A program made the position numbers and the translations under genes. A DNA stretch of 64,000 nucleotides from Anthoceros angustus (lineage: Eukaryota; Plantae; Anthocerotophyta). Below are positions 1 through 12,287 of the stretch, one piece after another. The notes beneath the pieces are model-generated. The model was not told the DNA's origin, did not search any database, and was given only the letters and a program-made list of their open reading frames with translations. The stretch covers positions 62,001-126,000 of the forward strand of contig VJWM01000068.1 in NCBI GenBank assembly GCA_010909165.1, given 5' to 3'. The number at the start of each line of letters is the position of its first letter. The stretch's first letter is position 1.

Positions 1-947
1 GAGCCTATCCTGGAGAGAATGGAAACGGATGAGAAAGACTGAAGGACGAGCAGGGTCCTTACCCACCAGCCAAGCATTCTGGAAAGATATGCCTGGTAAA
101 TGGAGCTTCGTGGCTAAGAACTGGGATATGACTTCCTGCGGTGTTCCCGAATTCAACAAGCCTTTCACTTGAAGATTGAGGGAGCGCCTGATCTGTTCTT
201 GAGATTTAAGAATTGCCGCATCAACGGCTTCTGAAGGCAAGGATGGCACGGCTTGAGGAGGAGGAACCAACAAGACCGCCTAACTTCTCCACTTGATTTG
301 CTGGTGTTTCTTTGCTGGTCGACGCCGAGTTTTGAAATGGACATACTGCCAGACATAGCCTGCACTTCTCCTTGGACGAATTTCTTGAGCTTCAAACATT
401 TAACTTCCATGGAAGCGGAAGCTTGCTGCATAATATCTTGTTTGAAGGCTGCCACGTCCTCGTTGAGCAGACAATGTGCAGAAAACTCCTGCCTGAATGT
501 GTCCAACTACTGCTGGTGATGTTGGAAGACGTTTGTTTTTAATTGAGGAACCGCCGTCTTCGGAAGGTAAGAAGGCAATTGCTTATTGAGGGAAGCAATT
601 TGGTGTTGATGCCAGACAAGATCCGCACATATGACTGGAAATTCACGCTCCAATTTCCTTCGAAGTGCAACAATCTCGAGTTGTTGGGCTTGAATCTTGT
701 CTTCAAAATGTTGCTTGGAAATTCGGAACTCCGCTTTAAGTTCATGCAGCTCAGCTTGGGAAGCCTGAAAGTCTGATCGCAACTTCTTGATATCAACTTG
801 GAAGGATTTGAATAGCCTCTCGATTTTATTCTTGCCTCTTGTTCCCTTGGAGGATGTAGGAGCCTGCGATTCTGTAAAGTCTGTGGAGTCCAAAACGGCT
901 TCTCCTCCAATAGATGGTCCACGTCCAAGCATGATCTCCGAAGCCAT
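1..947 (-). mobile_element. LINE (non-LTR retrotransposon) ORF1 remnant: coiled-coil plus RRM-like region, disrupted, running off the window
   Basis: ATG at 947 opens a coiled-coil ORF (KKLRSDFQASQAELHELKAEF), with an in-frame TAG at 507. After a frameshift it reads RRSLNLQVKGLLNSGTPQEVISQFLATKLHLPGISFQNAWLVGKDPARPSVFLIRFHSLQDRL, resembling the LINE ORF1p RRM region (RRxNLxIxGL...RP..IxRF). Confidence 0.7.
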
Positions 948-1480
948 AAGAAAGTAGGTGCTGCGCCTGTGCGCTCAAAGGCGGGGCCAGCTATGTATGC
1001 AATGGCCACTTTGGAGCAAGAGCGAAAGGTGGTAAGAGAACCAAGCCCGAGCCAAGCACCTCCTTCTCGGCCTTGAGTCCCAGGCGTCCGGCCTCCCTCG
1101 CCGCTCAACCTCCGGACTCGGTAGGAGGCCCATGGCGCCCGAGACCTCGGTCCGCACCGCCCACCAGCAGCTGCTACTACCACCACGGCCTCCCGTCGCC
1201 TGTGCCCGCAGACCGGTCAAGGCCGCCACCCTCGTGGCCTCGGGCCGGACCGCCACCACTGAGCCGCGGAGTCGGGCGCGGCTGAGCCACGGCGAGTCAA
1301 GCCTACCGCCACGGAGGCGATGCGAGATCTTAGGCAGCCTGCACGACCTCCGGCCTCGGCCGAATCGGATCCACCCCGACCGCACAGCCTCGTAGTCTAT
1401 AGGTGTGTGCCATCTTTGTGAGTGGGAGTTCGGGTTGGAGGCCACCAAGGTGTCAATATAAATGGATTTTTGAGCCATCT
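948..1480 (-). other. GC/CpG-rich segment, probable 5' UTR/internal promoter of the ORF1-bearing LINE
   Basis: CpG-dense stretch directly upstream of the ORF1 ATG on the minus strand; no recognisable protein in any frame. Confidence 0.35.
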
Positions 1481-1545
1481 TTATAATTAAAATTTTATTC
1501 CTTTTTATAATTAAAATTTTATTCTTTTTTATAATTAAAATTATT
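1480..1545. repeat. AT-rich short tandem repeat (TTATAATTAAAATTTTATTC core, ~3 copies)
   Basis: Visible directly in the sequence. Confidence 0.8.
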
Positions 1546-1573
1546 ATATGTGGTAGAAAATTAATTATTTTAT

Positions 1574-1616
1574 ATGGTGAGCATGTCACACCGCAGCGGT
1601 GATGCCATCGCTCTCA
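1574..1616 (+). mobile_element. Isolated fragment of the Mutator-like element TIR found at 30351-33966
   Basis: ATGGTGAGCATGTCACACCGCAGCGGTGATGCCATCGCTCTCA nearly matches the left TIR at ~30410-30452 and the reverse complement of the right TIR. Confidence 0.8.
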
Positions 1617-4600
1617 ATTTTATGTTTCTGACTTCAAGCCTCTAGAGTCTGACCATGCCTTCCTATCTTGGCACATCTCGTGTCATAAGTCGCAAGCCAT
1701 TCTACAATACCACAAGTCTCCTAGAGTCTGCTTTTCCTTCGACCATCGTCTAGCTTCCCAATATTCCTCTCTTTTGAAAATATCCTTGGCTGCTATTCCT
1801 TCCTCTCTTCCCTTCCCCAAACACGCTTTCACTTCCGCCGTGCTTTCTTGTGCACATCAAATCTTCCTCCTAAACCTTGTCACCCGTCAAGCTTTCCAAC
1901 ACACTCCTCGTCATCCACTGGTTTGATGGCCAGTGCACATATCCATACTCACAACTACCTTGCTCTCAAGGTTCCATCCAAGTCTCATCATTCCCGGTTG
2001 TACAAGGAAATTGTCAAGCGTACAAAGCCCTCATTCTTTGTCAAAAGTCTTTCTTTTCCTCCCAACGTGATCGTCTTGTCAAGCTCCTCAAGGAATCCCC
2101 TGGCGGTGCTGCTTTTTGGAGGGAGTTTCATTCCCATCAAACTATCCAACTGCAGGCGTCTCCAGAGCTTATCCACTATGTTCAAACTCTCTTCTTTCGG
2201 GAATCTATGCCCCTCCCAGTTAGGACCATGGATCCTGGGGTCAAGCTTTTCACTCTTGACCTTATCCTTACCGCAATCAATAACCTTAGATCTGGTAGAG
2301 CCTCCGACCCTGAAGACATTCTTGGAGAGCTTTTCTCGTATGCAAGTCCTACGGTGATTGCTCCCCCCTTGGCTGCTTCCAGGCTTTGGTCCATGGATTT
2401 CCGGATGAGTGGTCTTTGGAATGACATCCATTCCATCTTCAAGACAGTGACCCTCGGCTCCCATCAACTATAGGTATATCATGGTTGAGTCCATTTTGCC
2501 AAGATCTTTAGCTCTTGCTTGGAAATTCTCACTCGACTTGGGTGAGAATCTTGGAGTTAGAAGCCGGTGGATTTCGTCCATGACGCAATACCGGATAATC
2601 TCTTCACTCTCATTGCTATTATTGAAGCCAAGAGCGAGAAGGATATGAGCATGTTTATGTATGTTTTGTTGACTTCAAGCGGGCATTTGACTCTATCTCG
2701 GAGAAGCTCTTTGACCGCTTCCATAGGTATGCCTCCTCATCTTCTTCATGCCATAGGGTTCTATATGACAAGGTGAAAGCCAAGATCCGCACTCCTTATC
2801 TTGCTTTTGACCTTTTGGATTTGCTTTGCAACATGGGAGTCTGGCGAGGAGATCCATCTTCTCCTAACCTATTTGGCCTCTACATAGATGAACTGGAGTC
2901 TTGGATTGCGGAGTATGGGGATCCTGGTTGCATCCTTTCCTTAGTCTACATTGCTATTCTCTTGTATACGGATGACATTGCCCTTCTCTCCCACTCTCCT
3001 CAGGGCCTCCAACAGCAACTTGACATATTGTCGCGCTTCTGCGAAGCAAGAGATTTGGAGGTCAATCTCAAGAAGACTAAGGTCATGTTCTTCAACAGGC
3101 GGGATCCAGTGCAACACAATCTCAAGTTCTACTATAATGGTGAACTTGTCCAGGTAGTTCGATCTTATGTCTACCTGGGTGGAACTCTGTATGGCCCGAC
3201 ACTTCAGTGGAAGCTCTCTGCCTCCGCTCGCATTCTCAAGGGTGTGGCATCGGCGTGTGGGGTTCGAAGACAGTGCTCTCGGATGCACATCAAGGACATC
3301 CCCACTCAAAGAATGGTTATTCAACACGTTATTCCTTGACTATGTATGCGGAGTTTTGGGGACCGTACCTCTCTCCCGACGATTGGTGCAAGGTGGAGGA
3401 GGTTGCATCCTTTCTTCGTCCCACATTGCGTGCAAGAGGTCATCCCCTTCCCATCTTCCTTGCGAGTTTGCCACATTCCCGCTTGATGGAAGCTCTCTAC
3501 CTCGCTCGCATTCTCAAGGGTGTGGCATCGGCGTGTGGGGTTGAAGGCGGTGCTCTCGGATGCACATCAAGGACATCCCCACTCGGCAATGGTTATTCAA
3601 CACGTTCCTTGACTATGTATGCGGAGTTTTGGGGACCGTACCTCTCTCCCGACGATTGGTGCAAGGTGGAGGAGGTTCGCATCCTTTCTTCGTCCCATTG
3701 CGTGCAAGAGGTCATCCCCTTCCCATCTTCCTTGCGAGTTTGCCACATTCCGATGGATGGTCTATTTCGCTTGACTAACTTCTTCTACCGCCTCTGTTCA
3801 TTGGAAGAAGCTCATTCGGATCATCCTACCTCCCTCCTCATACCTCCTTCTTGCTTTTCAGTCCTCCGAAAATTAGCCGTCTCGGGAAATAAGACTTGTT
3901 GGTATGCAATCTTGCTCATGGCTGCGAAATTTGGATTTTGTCCGAGAGTCTTCGGCCCATCCCTTTTCGTTCTTGCCACCTCCTCCAAATAAGTCCATCC
4001 GCCTTGATTTGCGGACTACATACTTGTCCTATACTTGGTCTCCTCTCTCCTTATCTTGCTTTTGACCTTTTGGATTTGCTTTGCAACATGGGAGTGCAGC
4101 AAGGAGATCCATCTTCTCCTAACCTATTTGGCCTCTACATTGATGAACTGGAGTCTTGGATTGCGGAGCATGCCATGGGGATCCTGGTTGCCTTCTTTCC
4201 TTGGTCTACATTGCTATTCTCTTGTATGCGGATGACATTGCCCTTCTCTCCCACTCTCCTCAGGGCCTCCAACAGCAACTGGACATATTGTCGCGCTTCT
4301 GCGAAGCAAGAGATTTGGAGGTCAATCTCAAGAAGACTAAGGTCATGTTCTTTGACAGGCGGGATCCAGTGCAGCACAATCTCAAGTTCTACTATAATGG
4401 TGAACTTGTCCAGGTAGTTCGATCTTATGTCTACAGGTGGAACTCTGTGGCCCGACACTTGATGGAAGCTCTCTACCTCGCTCGCATTCTCAAGGGTGTG
4501 GCATCGGCGTGTGGGGTTGAAGGCGGTGCTCTCGGATGCACATCAAGGACATCCCCACTCGGCAATGGTTATTCAACACGGTCGTTCCTTGACTATGTAT

Positions 4601-5538
4601 GCGGAGTTTTGGGGACCGTACCTCTCTCCGACGATTGGTGCAAGGTGGAGGAGGTTCGGGCATCCTTTCTTCGTCCCACATTGCGTGCAAGAGGTCATCC
4701 CCTTCCCATCTTCCTTGCGAGTTTGCCACATTCCGATGGATGGTCTATTTCGCTTGACTAACTTCTTCTACCGCCTCTGTTCATTGGAAGAAGCTCATTC
4801 GGATCATCCTACCTCCCTCCTCATACCTTCTTGCTTTTCGGTCCTCCGAAAATTAGCCGTCTCGGGAAATAAGACTTGTTGGTATCATAATCTTGCTCAT
4901 GGCTGCGAAATTTGGATTTTGTCAGAGTCTTCCCATCCCTTTTCGTTCTTGCCACCTCCTCCAAATAAGTCCATCCTTGATTTGCGGACTACATACTTGT
5001 CCTATACTTGGTCTCCTCTCTCTCCCTTATCCCTAGGCTTGACACTTATAAATGATTTTATTTTATCCAATTCGGGAAACCGGTGCTCCCTCTTTACCTT
5101 CGCACCTGTCTTTCAAACTAAGGATGATTATAGGTCATCTTAGTGTTGGGTCTCACCGCCTTAGGATTGAGACGGATAGATGGCTCGTCCTAAGCCACCA
5201 AAGGAGTCCAATCTGCGGGTTATGCAGGGGTGGAGATCAAGAACACTTTGTGTTCCTCTCACATCTATGAAGATATTCGGGAATTTTATCCCTCTATTTA
5301 CAAAAGACGATCTTCACTTCCGCTTTTCTCTTTTCCTGATCCTATTTCTGTAGGTGTCTGCCTCAAGCAAATGTGGGAGAAGCGGACTCAACATTTTCAA
5401 GAGATCAACATACCTGACATTACATAATGATTCACGTCACTAGTTCTCAGGCCAGATTCAGAATAGCGGTTAATTTTTCATAATACCTTCTTTGTATACC
5501 TCCTTAGTGGACTTAAATAAAATTCTTCTTCTTCTTCT
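1617..5538 (+). mobile_element. 5'-truncated LINE ORF2 (end of APE endonuclease, reverse transcriptase, C-terminal Cys/His motif) with 3' UTR and (CTT)n tail; degenerate and internally duplicated
   Basis: LESDHAF (APE SDH motif) at ~1640; AINNLRSGRASDPEDILGEL; HSIFK..P.NYR; GVQQGDPSSPNLFGLYIDELE; LLY(A/T)DDIALL; LEVNLKKTKVM; GSHRLRIETDRW...ICGLC...EHFVF. Ends GACTTAAATAAAATT(CTT)n at 5510-5538. The RT segment 2791-3500 recurs at 4050-4990, and 3480-3990 is a further partial repeat. Confidence 0.9.
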
Positions 5539-5799
5539 CCAGCCGGTACACTAGACGTTACAACTGCATATTATATATAACTGGAATTCTGTACACATGA
5601 ATTTTAATAAAATCCTTTATCTCTTTGTTTCAAAAAAATTAAAGACCCGTACAAAAGACCAGAGAACCCAACGACGTAAAACATAATTGCAGTCTTCACA
5701 TGTCCCGAGCTTCCAGCAGTACATGCACACAGCAAGCACACGTACAGCAATATTAATGTGACGATGAGCAATTGGATGCAGGGAAAGGTGAGGTGGACG

Positions 5800-6905
5800 A
5801 TCATGAGTTGATTCACATCGTGGACAAATCCGTAAGGACTCTTGGAACTGAGGGCATCAGCGACGCCAATCCATGGCTCGCTAACGTGGACAATTTCTAC
5901 AGTGGCAAGGCCGAGTGCCGCGAGACCGTGCGCCGGAGGAACATTATCATCTCCAGAATCATCCAAGAGCACCGGGAGTCCGTGGAAGCGCATCCCGAAA
6001 CCCCGTCCCGAGATTTTGTGGATGCGCTGCTTCGCGTTGGCACGTTCAAAGGTGGCGGGGACATGACCGACGAGATCATCAACGCACAGATCCAGGTAAG
6101 CGGAAGTTGTGCAATGTCCCATTGTGGCCCCGGATCCTTGCGACAGAAAAGCAACCGCAAACGCGTGACAAAGAATAATCTTGTGAACATTGCCATGGCA
6201 GGACATGCTGGCAGGCGGATCCGACACGGTGGCGCTCACCACGGAATGGGCCATGTCGGAGGTGCTGTACAGTGGCATCCGGCCGCGCTGAAGAAGGCTG
6301 TGCAGGAGCTGCATTAAGTGGTAAGGAACGAGAGAGAGTTGCAGGAATCCGATATCGCTAATCTGCTCTACCAGCAGAGCGGTGTGAAGTTGTCCGACTC
6401 TGCCCTTCCTCGGCCCGCAGTACACCACCGATGCCACCACTCTCCGGGGCTACCACATCCCTGCGGACACAAATGTCATGGTGAACGTCTGGGCCCTGGC
6501 CCGGGATCCTACGTACTGGCAACATCCTGACAAGTTCTGGCCCGAAAGATTTCTCCTTCACTTGTGACCACCTCTTCTCCTACTGTCTACCACACCAGCC
6601 GCATCCATCCGGATCCTCAGCGCAAACCTGAAGTAATTGCAGTTCTAACAAACAAAGACCGGTGTGAAATGAATCGGCGCAGCCCGGAGGTGGACGTGCG
6701 CAGATTTCACTTCGAGTTCCTGCCGTTCGGATCCGGCAAGCGGATGTGCCCGGGCCTGGGCCTGGCAGTGGTGCAGCTCACGGTAGCCACGCTGCTGCAT
6801 ACCTTCGACTGGTCGCTCCCCGCAAACGCGCTCGGGTCGCCATTCCCGCTGGCAATTGAGTTTAGCCACCACGGCCTCCAATTAAGTTTGCCCCTGAAGT
6901 GCTGA
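5800..6905 (+). pseudogene. A-type (CYP71-clan) cytochrome P450 pseudogene, C-terminal half only
   Basis: RDFVDALL, intron donor after AQIQ (GT at 6096), EWAMSEV, VNVWALARDP..W..P.KFWPERF and heme motif [13 protein letters not shown]. Motifs lie in different frames and no N-terminal half is recognisable. Confidence 0.85.
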
Positions 6906-6950
6906 GTATCCCTTGGAGGGGAGAAAAGTTATTTCTTCATTCGATCGCCA

Positions 6951-6975
6951 TGCGGTGAGCGTGGATCGAACACGC

Positions 6976-7018
<43 letters not shown>

Positions 7019-7023
7019 CCCGC
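6951..7023 (-). tRNA. tRNA-Phe (GAA), cytosolic type
   Basis: Reverse complement GCGGGGATAGCTCAGTTGGGAGAGCGTCAGACTGAAGATCTGAAGGTCGCGTGTTCGATCCACGCTCACCGCA: 73 nt cloverleaf with GAA anticodon and intact A/B boxes, TATA-like element upstream and T-run downstream. Confidence 0.98.
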
Positions 7024-8322
7024 TGACTTACAACAGATATGCTCTTTTTTTATATGAAGGTAAATACAGGCAAATGCGCTTTTGTGCACTACAGGCTTGC
7101 ATTATCTGAAGCCTGTTGCCGACACCGACACCCGATGGCACGCTATATCCTCACATCGCTCAGCATGTTGAAATGATCCGTGGCCAGCAGTAAACTGTTC
7201 TGTGCGACAGTCGTACAAACAAATGCAGCTAATGTGAAAGGCTTCCACAGTGAACCAGTGTTGTGACAAAAAGATCACCTGAAAATCTGTTCGACTGCAA
7301 CCCATTTTCCAGCAAATGAGCAAGTACATACCTACTTTACCTCTGCAAGAGCCTTCCTTTTCATGCAAGCCTACAAGAGGTTCCTACATGTGCGCACAGA
7401 AGCAACAACTTCCCGCTTATACAGGAGATGCAGGGCAGCTAGAGCCTTGTCAGGCAACCCGTCCTCCCACAAAGTCTCTAGTTCCCGTACATCCTGAGTG
7501 GCAGTTTGGATGCTGCAAGACAACAGATTGGAAATCCCACGGTTGAGGCAGAAGTACAAACTTAACATTAGTACAAGACGGTACATAAAGAAGGTCACTA
7601 CGCTTGCAAATGGCACACAGATTTGAGATACCTTCTACTGGCTGTGGAACGCTTGACAAGCGGCAATTGAGTATCAAGGAAGGCCACCCGCTGATCCAAT
7701 CACGACTGCTTATACAGGTTGTCCAGCCACAGGCCAACCTTTGACCCCTACCTTGAAAAGTAAGGATGGCAGGCACTTTTCTGCAGATAGAGGATAAGGT
7801 TGAGAACGCAAGCTTTGGAGCACGCCCTGCAAAGACAACCATCCGAAAATCTCAACTCCAGTGAGGTAGCATCCATCAGACAAGTGAAAAAGGCCCTAGA
7901 GGGCCACTGACAAAGCAGGACAACAGGCATACCTTTCCGAGTGAATGTGAGATCTGGCAAATTATTGTACAATAGAAGCTTAAGGTGACTGAACCCATCC
8001 TTGATCTCATTTCCTACTGAGAGCTCTCAAGCAGGAGAGCAAAATTGTGAGCCACCAGGTAAGAAAGCTAAGTAAAAGGACTGCACAGACCTCTAAGAGC
8101 AGCCTGAGGCGGAGCGAGAGTTGAATTCTGAACAGGACAAGCACACAATTTATACCCTGCAACGGTACCAATGAAACAAAAAAACTCGCAATAGATCTAA
8201 GGCAGCAGATTTCCAGAGCTCTCAAGCAGAACAGAGACAAGTCAAGTCAGACGACATGACGTTGAAGTATTCTCTAGAATTTTGTACATTGTCGATAGCA
8301 ATTCTAAATTGTTTTGAAGCCT

Positions 8323-9424
8323 TTAGGAGGGGGGCACGGGGAGTGAAAAAATCTCAGGGATATGCGCGTTCGTGTATTTGGTGCGCTTAGACTCGCGCCT
8401 TTTCGGCTTCTCCTTGGGCTTCTGCTGTGATCTGGGTAAGCCAGCCACGGCTTCCCGTCTCGCAGAGTTGGTAGCAGGTTTCATTCCAGCCTTCATCAAC
8501 TCCCGCTCCACATCAACAAATTCCCTAGGCAACTCAATGCCCCTGACAAGCTGCTTGAGATCCGCGTCAACCTTGATCTTGATACTAGGGTCATTGGGAT
8601 ACACCACTTCTTCCTGGGAGTCGCTGTTGGTGAGTACCCACACCTCCCCAGCAGCCTTCAATTCCTGCATCAGCAGAAGGCTATCCGTAAGATGCCACTT
8701 CCTCCCGGCCCACAAATGGCACGAGACCGATAGCCGGTTCTACCTGGACATCCGGCACCACTCCCAAATAAGAGTCCTTCAAGTCCCCCAGAGGAATGCC
8801 ATGCGGATCCGTCCGTACGCATCTGAGGAGCTCCGCCTTGTTCTTCAGATCATGTTTAGACTGCAAGGCAGAGCCCTCATCTCCGTCAGCTCACCGCGCT
8901 GCCCGAGAAGAACAAACCGAGGCGCCACCACGTGCTCACCCTACCTTGTAACAAAAGCGTTGCCCGTCAAAGGCAACCTTGGGATTGTTCTGCAGGCTTT
9001 CGAACACCTCCTTGTTGGCCTTGACATCCACAAAGCACAAATCATTGATTTCCTCCGGTAGCAGATTCTGCCGAGTCTGCACAGCAACAACATAAGACGT
9101 GAACAATCCTCCTCCTCCCCCTCAGACCCCCAGCAATCAAAATCCTACCTCTAGCAGAACCCCTATCACTCGCTTGATCTGTGCTCCCACAGGCGACTTC
9201 CGGATAGTGGCAATCTGTTGCAGCTTCTCTTGATCATTAGTGAAGGAGAACCGATTGGCAAACGGCACCACGGGCTGTGTCGCCAGAGGCGGCTGCGGCG
9301 GCTTCCTCGCAGTGGAAGCGGAAGGCTTCGTCTGCTGACCAGCAGGACGAGCTGTCTTCAAGAGAGAGGCCTGCAGCCTCGCCTGCTGCTTGTGGTATAG
9401 AGCCAATTTCTCATTCAAGGCCAT
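8323..9424 (-). CDS. GTF2E2: General transcription factor IIE subunit beta (4 exons: 9424-9149, 9076-8945, 8860-8744, 8664-8323; 288 aa)
   Basis: MALNEKL...IRKSPVGAQIKRVI; NNPKVAFDGQRFCYK; KAAGEVWVLTNSDSQEEVVYPND; KRTKYTNAHIPEIF match plant TFIIE-beta. GT-AG introns keep the frame. Confidence 0.92.
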
Positions 9425-9740
9425 AGTCAAGCCGCTCTGCTACCGCGGAGCAGGCAACCCAAGGGTTCAGGCTCCTGAGACCTGAAACCAGGCGAAGACC
9501 CCCCGAACTCTCACGAGGGGTCCGGGCCTGCGTCAAAGGAGAAGCCGCAGCCCATCTGCGTGCTGGGAGCTGGCCCTTCAGATTGCGGAGCTATTCTAGG
9601 CCCTCATGGCTTGTATATGCAATAAAGACGTAGAGGGTAAGATCCAGAGAAGGGCATAAGGTGAGGTCAAAGCGCGAGACCTGCTTTCAGTATTCATAGG
9701 TATTCAGAATGGAATTAAAGCAGCTAGCACAGCAAAAGCG

Positions 9741-12141
9741 CTACGTGCTGATCCATTGCCTAAAAAGAGCTTGCATTCGCTCCCTCTCTGCAGCACGCCC
9801 AATGTTTACTGTTGGAATAACTTTGTCTGGCCGAAGGAACTGCATGGGTTTACGATTCCAGTCAGTGGGTGACATTGACGACACTAACCACACAAAAGCT
9901 CTCAGTTTCAGTTATGCATGACATACCCGCACAAATTCTTGCAGTTCAAGGTAACTTGAATGCTCGCTGTAAGGGACCCCTGTGCAAAACACTCGGGCAT
10001 TGAGGTTAGGGTTTGGAACAGCGGGCAGGCAAGCACAGACTCGGCAAGCTCCAGTACCTACCGTAGATGGTGATGGGACCACTGCATTGCGGTTTGATGA
10101 GCTGCAGCTGTTTCCCAACTTTCTCAGAGTAAGTCCACCCTGTGATTCTACTGTCAGAAAGAGAAAGGGAGAGAGATGCATCAAGGCAATCGTCTAGTCA
10201 GCACAGGAGCATCAGCTATACCAGTGGGACGAAATCCGAGAACAGATGTGAACTTCGGCAAGCCTTGCAAATAATTTTTTAGCCTCTGGATGCATACCAA
10301 GAACGGTCAATTAGCCCACATGGAGAGGCGGACAGCAGGGAGAATACCACATATGCAGACACAACTCACCGGAGGATTCAGATGAGAGATGGGCAGAACA
10401 TGGAGCTTAGTGCTCTTGGCATCGTCGCTAAGTCTGGCAGTTAACCTAGGCCATTTCAAGGAGGATAGAACTCTCATGCGGTACTTGTCAGCAAAGATGT
10501 TCACCTATGTATTTACAAAAAAACCGGTCAAGATCAGTGTCTTCTGCCAAACTAGAAGGAATACGATGGAGGCACCTGCTGCAGTACTCACCCCAAGGGC
10601 CTCTGCAAGGCCCAGATATACCCGTTCCTTGCCGATGCTGTAAGCCCCCACAACAATCAATGTTCTGGAGTTCTGCATAAGAGCGTCCTTGGTTACTCTA
10701 ACCACAAAGTCTATTGCCTCCTCTTGCAAAGGGAACCTGCGCAGCAAGCAGTAGTTCAGAGGCTGGACATAAAGGATCTTCCAGCAGAGGAGACTGTAAT
10801 GCAGCATGGAAAAGACCCTACGTGTATCTTGGGTTGCAGTAGGTTGTGTCCAGGTACAAGGTATTGATGCGAGTGTTGATCAGTTCAGGATAGCTCTGCA
10901 TGGCAGTACATGCTCGAAAATCTCCAGTGTGCAAAAGCCTTTCCCCGGTTTGTAGTCTGAAGTGTATCAAAGCTGCACCCGGACAGTGGTTTGCCTCCAG
11001 CATCCTCACCTCAACACCATCCACCACCTCCGAAGTTCCCACTTCAAGAGCATGGATCCACCTGAAGGACGCCCATACTGAGACTCAGATCTAGCAATCA
11101 GCTGCACCACCCCAGAGCTGGCATGGTATAAAGCTTTTCAACATAACGGCTAGAGAGGTCCCGTACGTACTCTGCCTTGACAGAGAGGCAAAGGACCAGC
11201 AGACGAGCAGTTATTGGTGTACAGTAGATGGGACCATGCGACCACCATTTTGTCAAACCTCCATAGTGATCAGCATGAAAGTGCGTGAGGAAGTAGGCTG
11301 AACATCCTTGTACAGCACCATAGCGAAAGGCATCAACTGTGAAGGTGGTACCTACTAGACCAAACAGCCGTGGCTTAGCAGACACCCAGCCAAGGTGCCT
11401 TGAAAAGCAGAGGCAGAGGCAGAGGCAGAAGCAGAAGCAGAAGGAATCCCAACCCAACTCACCAGGAATTTTCTTGTAGAAAGGGCAGCTTCTCATCACC
11501 CGTTGCCTCTCATTCTCGCTCCCTTCTCGATACCCTTCAGGCTGGTCAACATTGTGCTTGCCATGCACTTCCCTGCTCCTTGCTCCCATCCCTGTGGTAG
11601 CAGATGCCCCATTCACCCGTCTAGCCTTGGCAGGAAGGGGCTCCTCCTGAGGCAACGCAGGTGCCCCGAAGTAGGGGCCAATGTCCTGCTGCCTCTTCCC
11701 ATTCCCAGCCTGCTGCTTTTCTGCCGCCTTGAGCTTCACCCCGAAGAAAGCTGACAAGTCGGTTTGCACCATTTTCGCCTTCCTGCCATTCTGCTCCTCC
11801 CTGAGCACCTGTCTCCGAATGCTGAACTCCACCCTGGCCTCCCTTTGCCCTCCACCTCCCCCACCCGCCACCACTTCATACCGCATTTTCCCATCGCTAT
11901 TCTCGCAACTTCCTGGGCTGTGGGCAGCACCAGAAACCTCAGCCGCACCCACCCAATCCTTGCTCCCTACTGCGTCGGCAATGGGGATGCCGTACTCGTC
12001 AGCTTCGTACAAGCAGCTCCAATCCGTTCCGCTCTCGTAGAAGGATTCCCTGAAGCTCTGCTCTTGTTGTTGCTGCTGCTCCTCTGACCCACGGACATCT
12101 TCAAACGCAGCAAAGAGCGTATCCCTGCTTTCGGATGCCAT
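9741..12141 (-). CDS. SNM1: SNM1/DCLRE1A-type DNA cross-link repair nuclease (metallo-beta-lactamase + beta-CASP), multi-exon
   Basis: FTVDAFRYG..C.AYFLTHFHADHYGGL; LEANHCPGA; LHTGDFR; LYLDTTYC; VGAYSIGKERV; FRPTGWTYS; GVPYSEHSS; FLRPDKVIPTVN; stop at 9741. Confidence 0.93.
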
Positions 12142-12279
12142 CCGCGCTCGGCATCCTCAGACGCTACCCGTAAGCTATCCAAGCCTTGCAATTCACGGCA
12201 TCGAGACGGCCTATATTTTGAAGTCGACTAAAACCGCGTTAAATCCATTAGGCGTCGGAACAACTTATATTGTTCGCAG

Positions 12280-12287
12280 GCGGGAAT
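12280..12287 (-). promoter_or_regulatory. E2F-like site (ATTCCCGC) upstream of SNM1
   Basis: Matches the degenerate WTTSSCSS consensus ~140 bp upstream of the SNM1 ATG; a short motif that may be chance. Confidence 0.3.

Noticed and set aside
5604-6440. 278-aa minus-strand ORF, and similar long ORFs at 8372-9061, 21477-22100, 45396-45914 and 45476-45892
   Set aside because: Antisense or alternate-frame shadows of the P450, TFIIE-beta, the SLX9 5' region and CAPZB in GC-rich sequence.
7100-8300. Short ORFs between tRNA-Phe and TFIIE-beta
   Set aside because: No recognisable motifs or consistent exon chain; probably UTR or intergenic.
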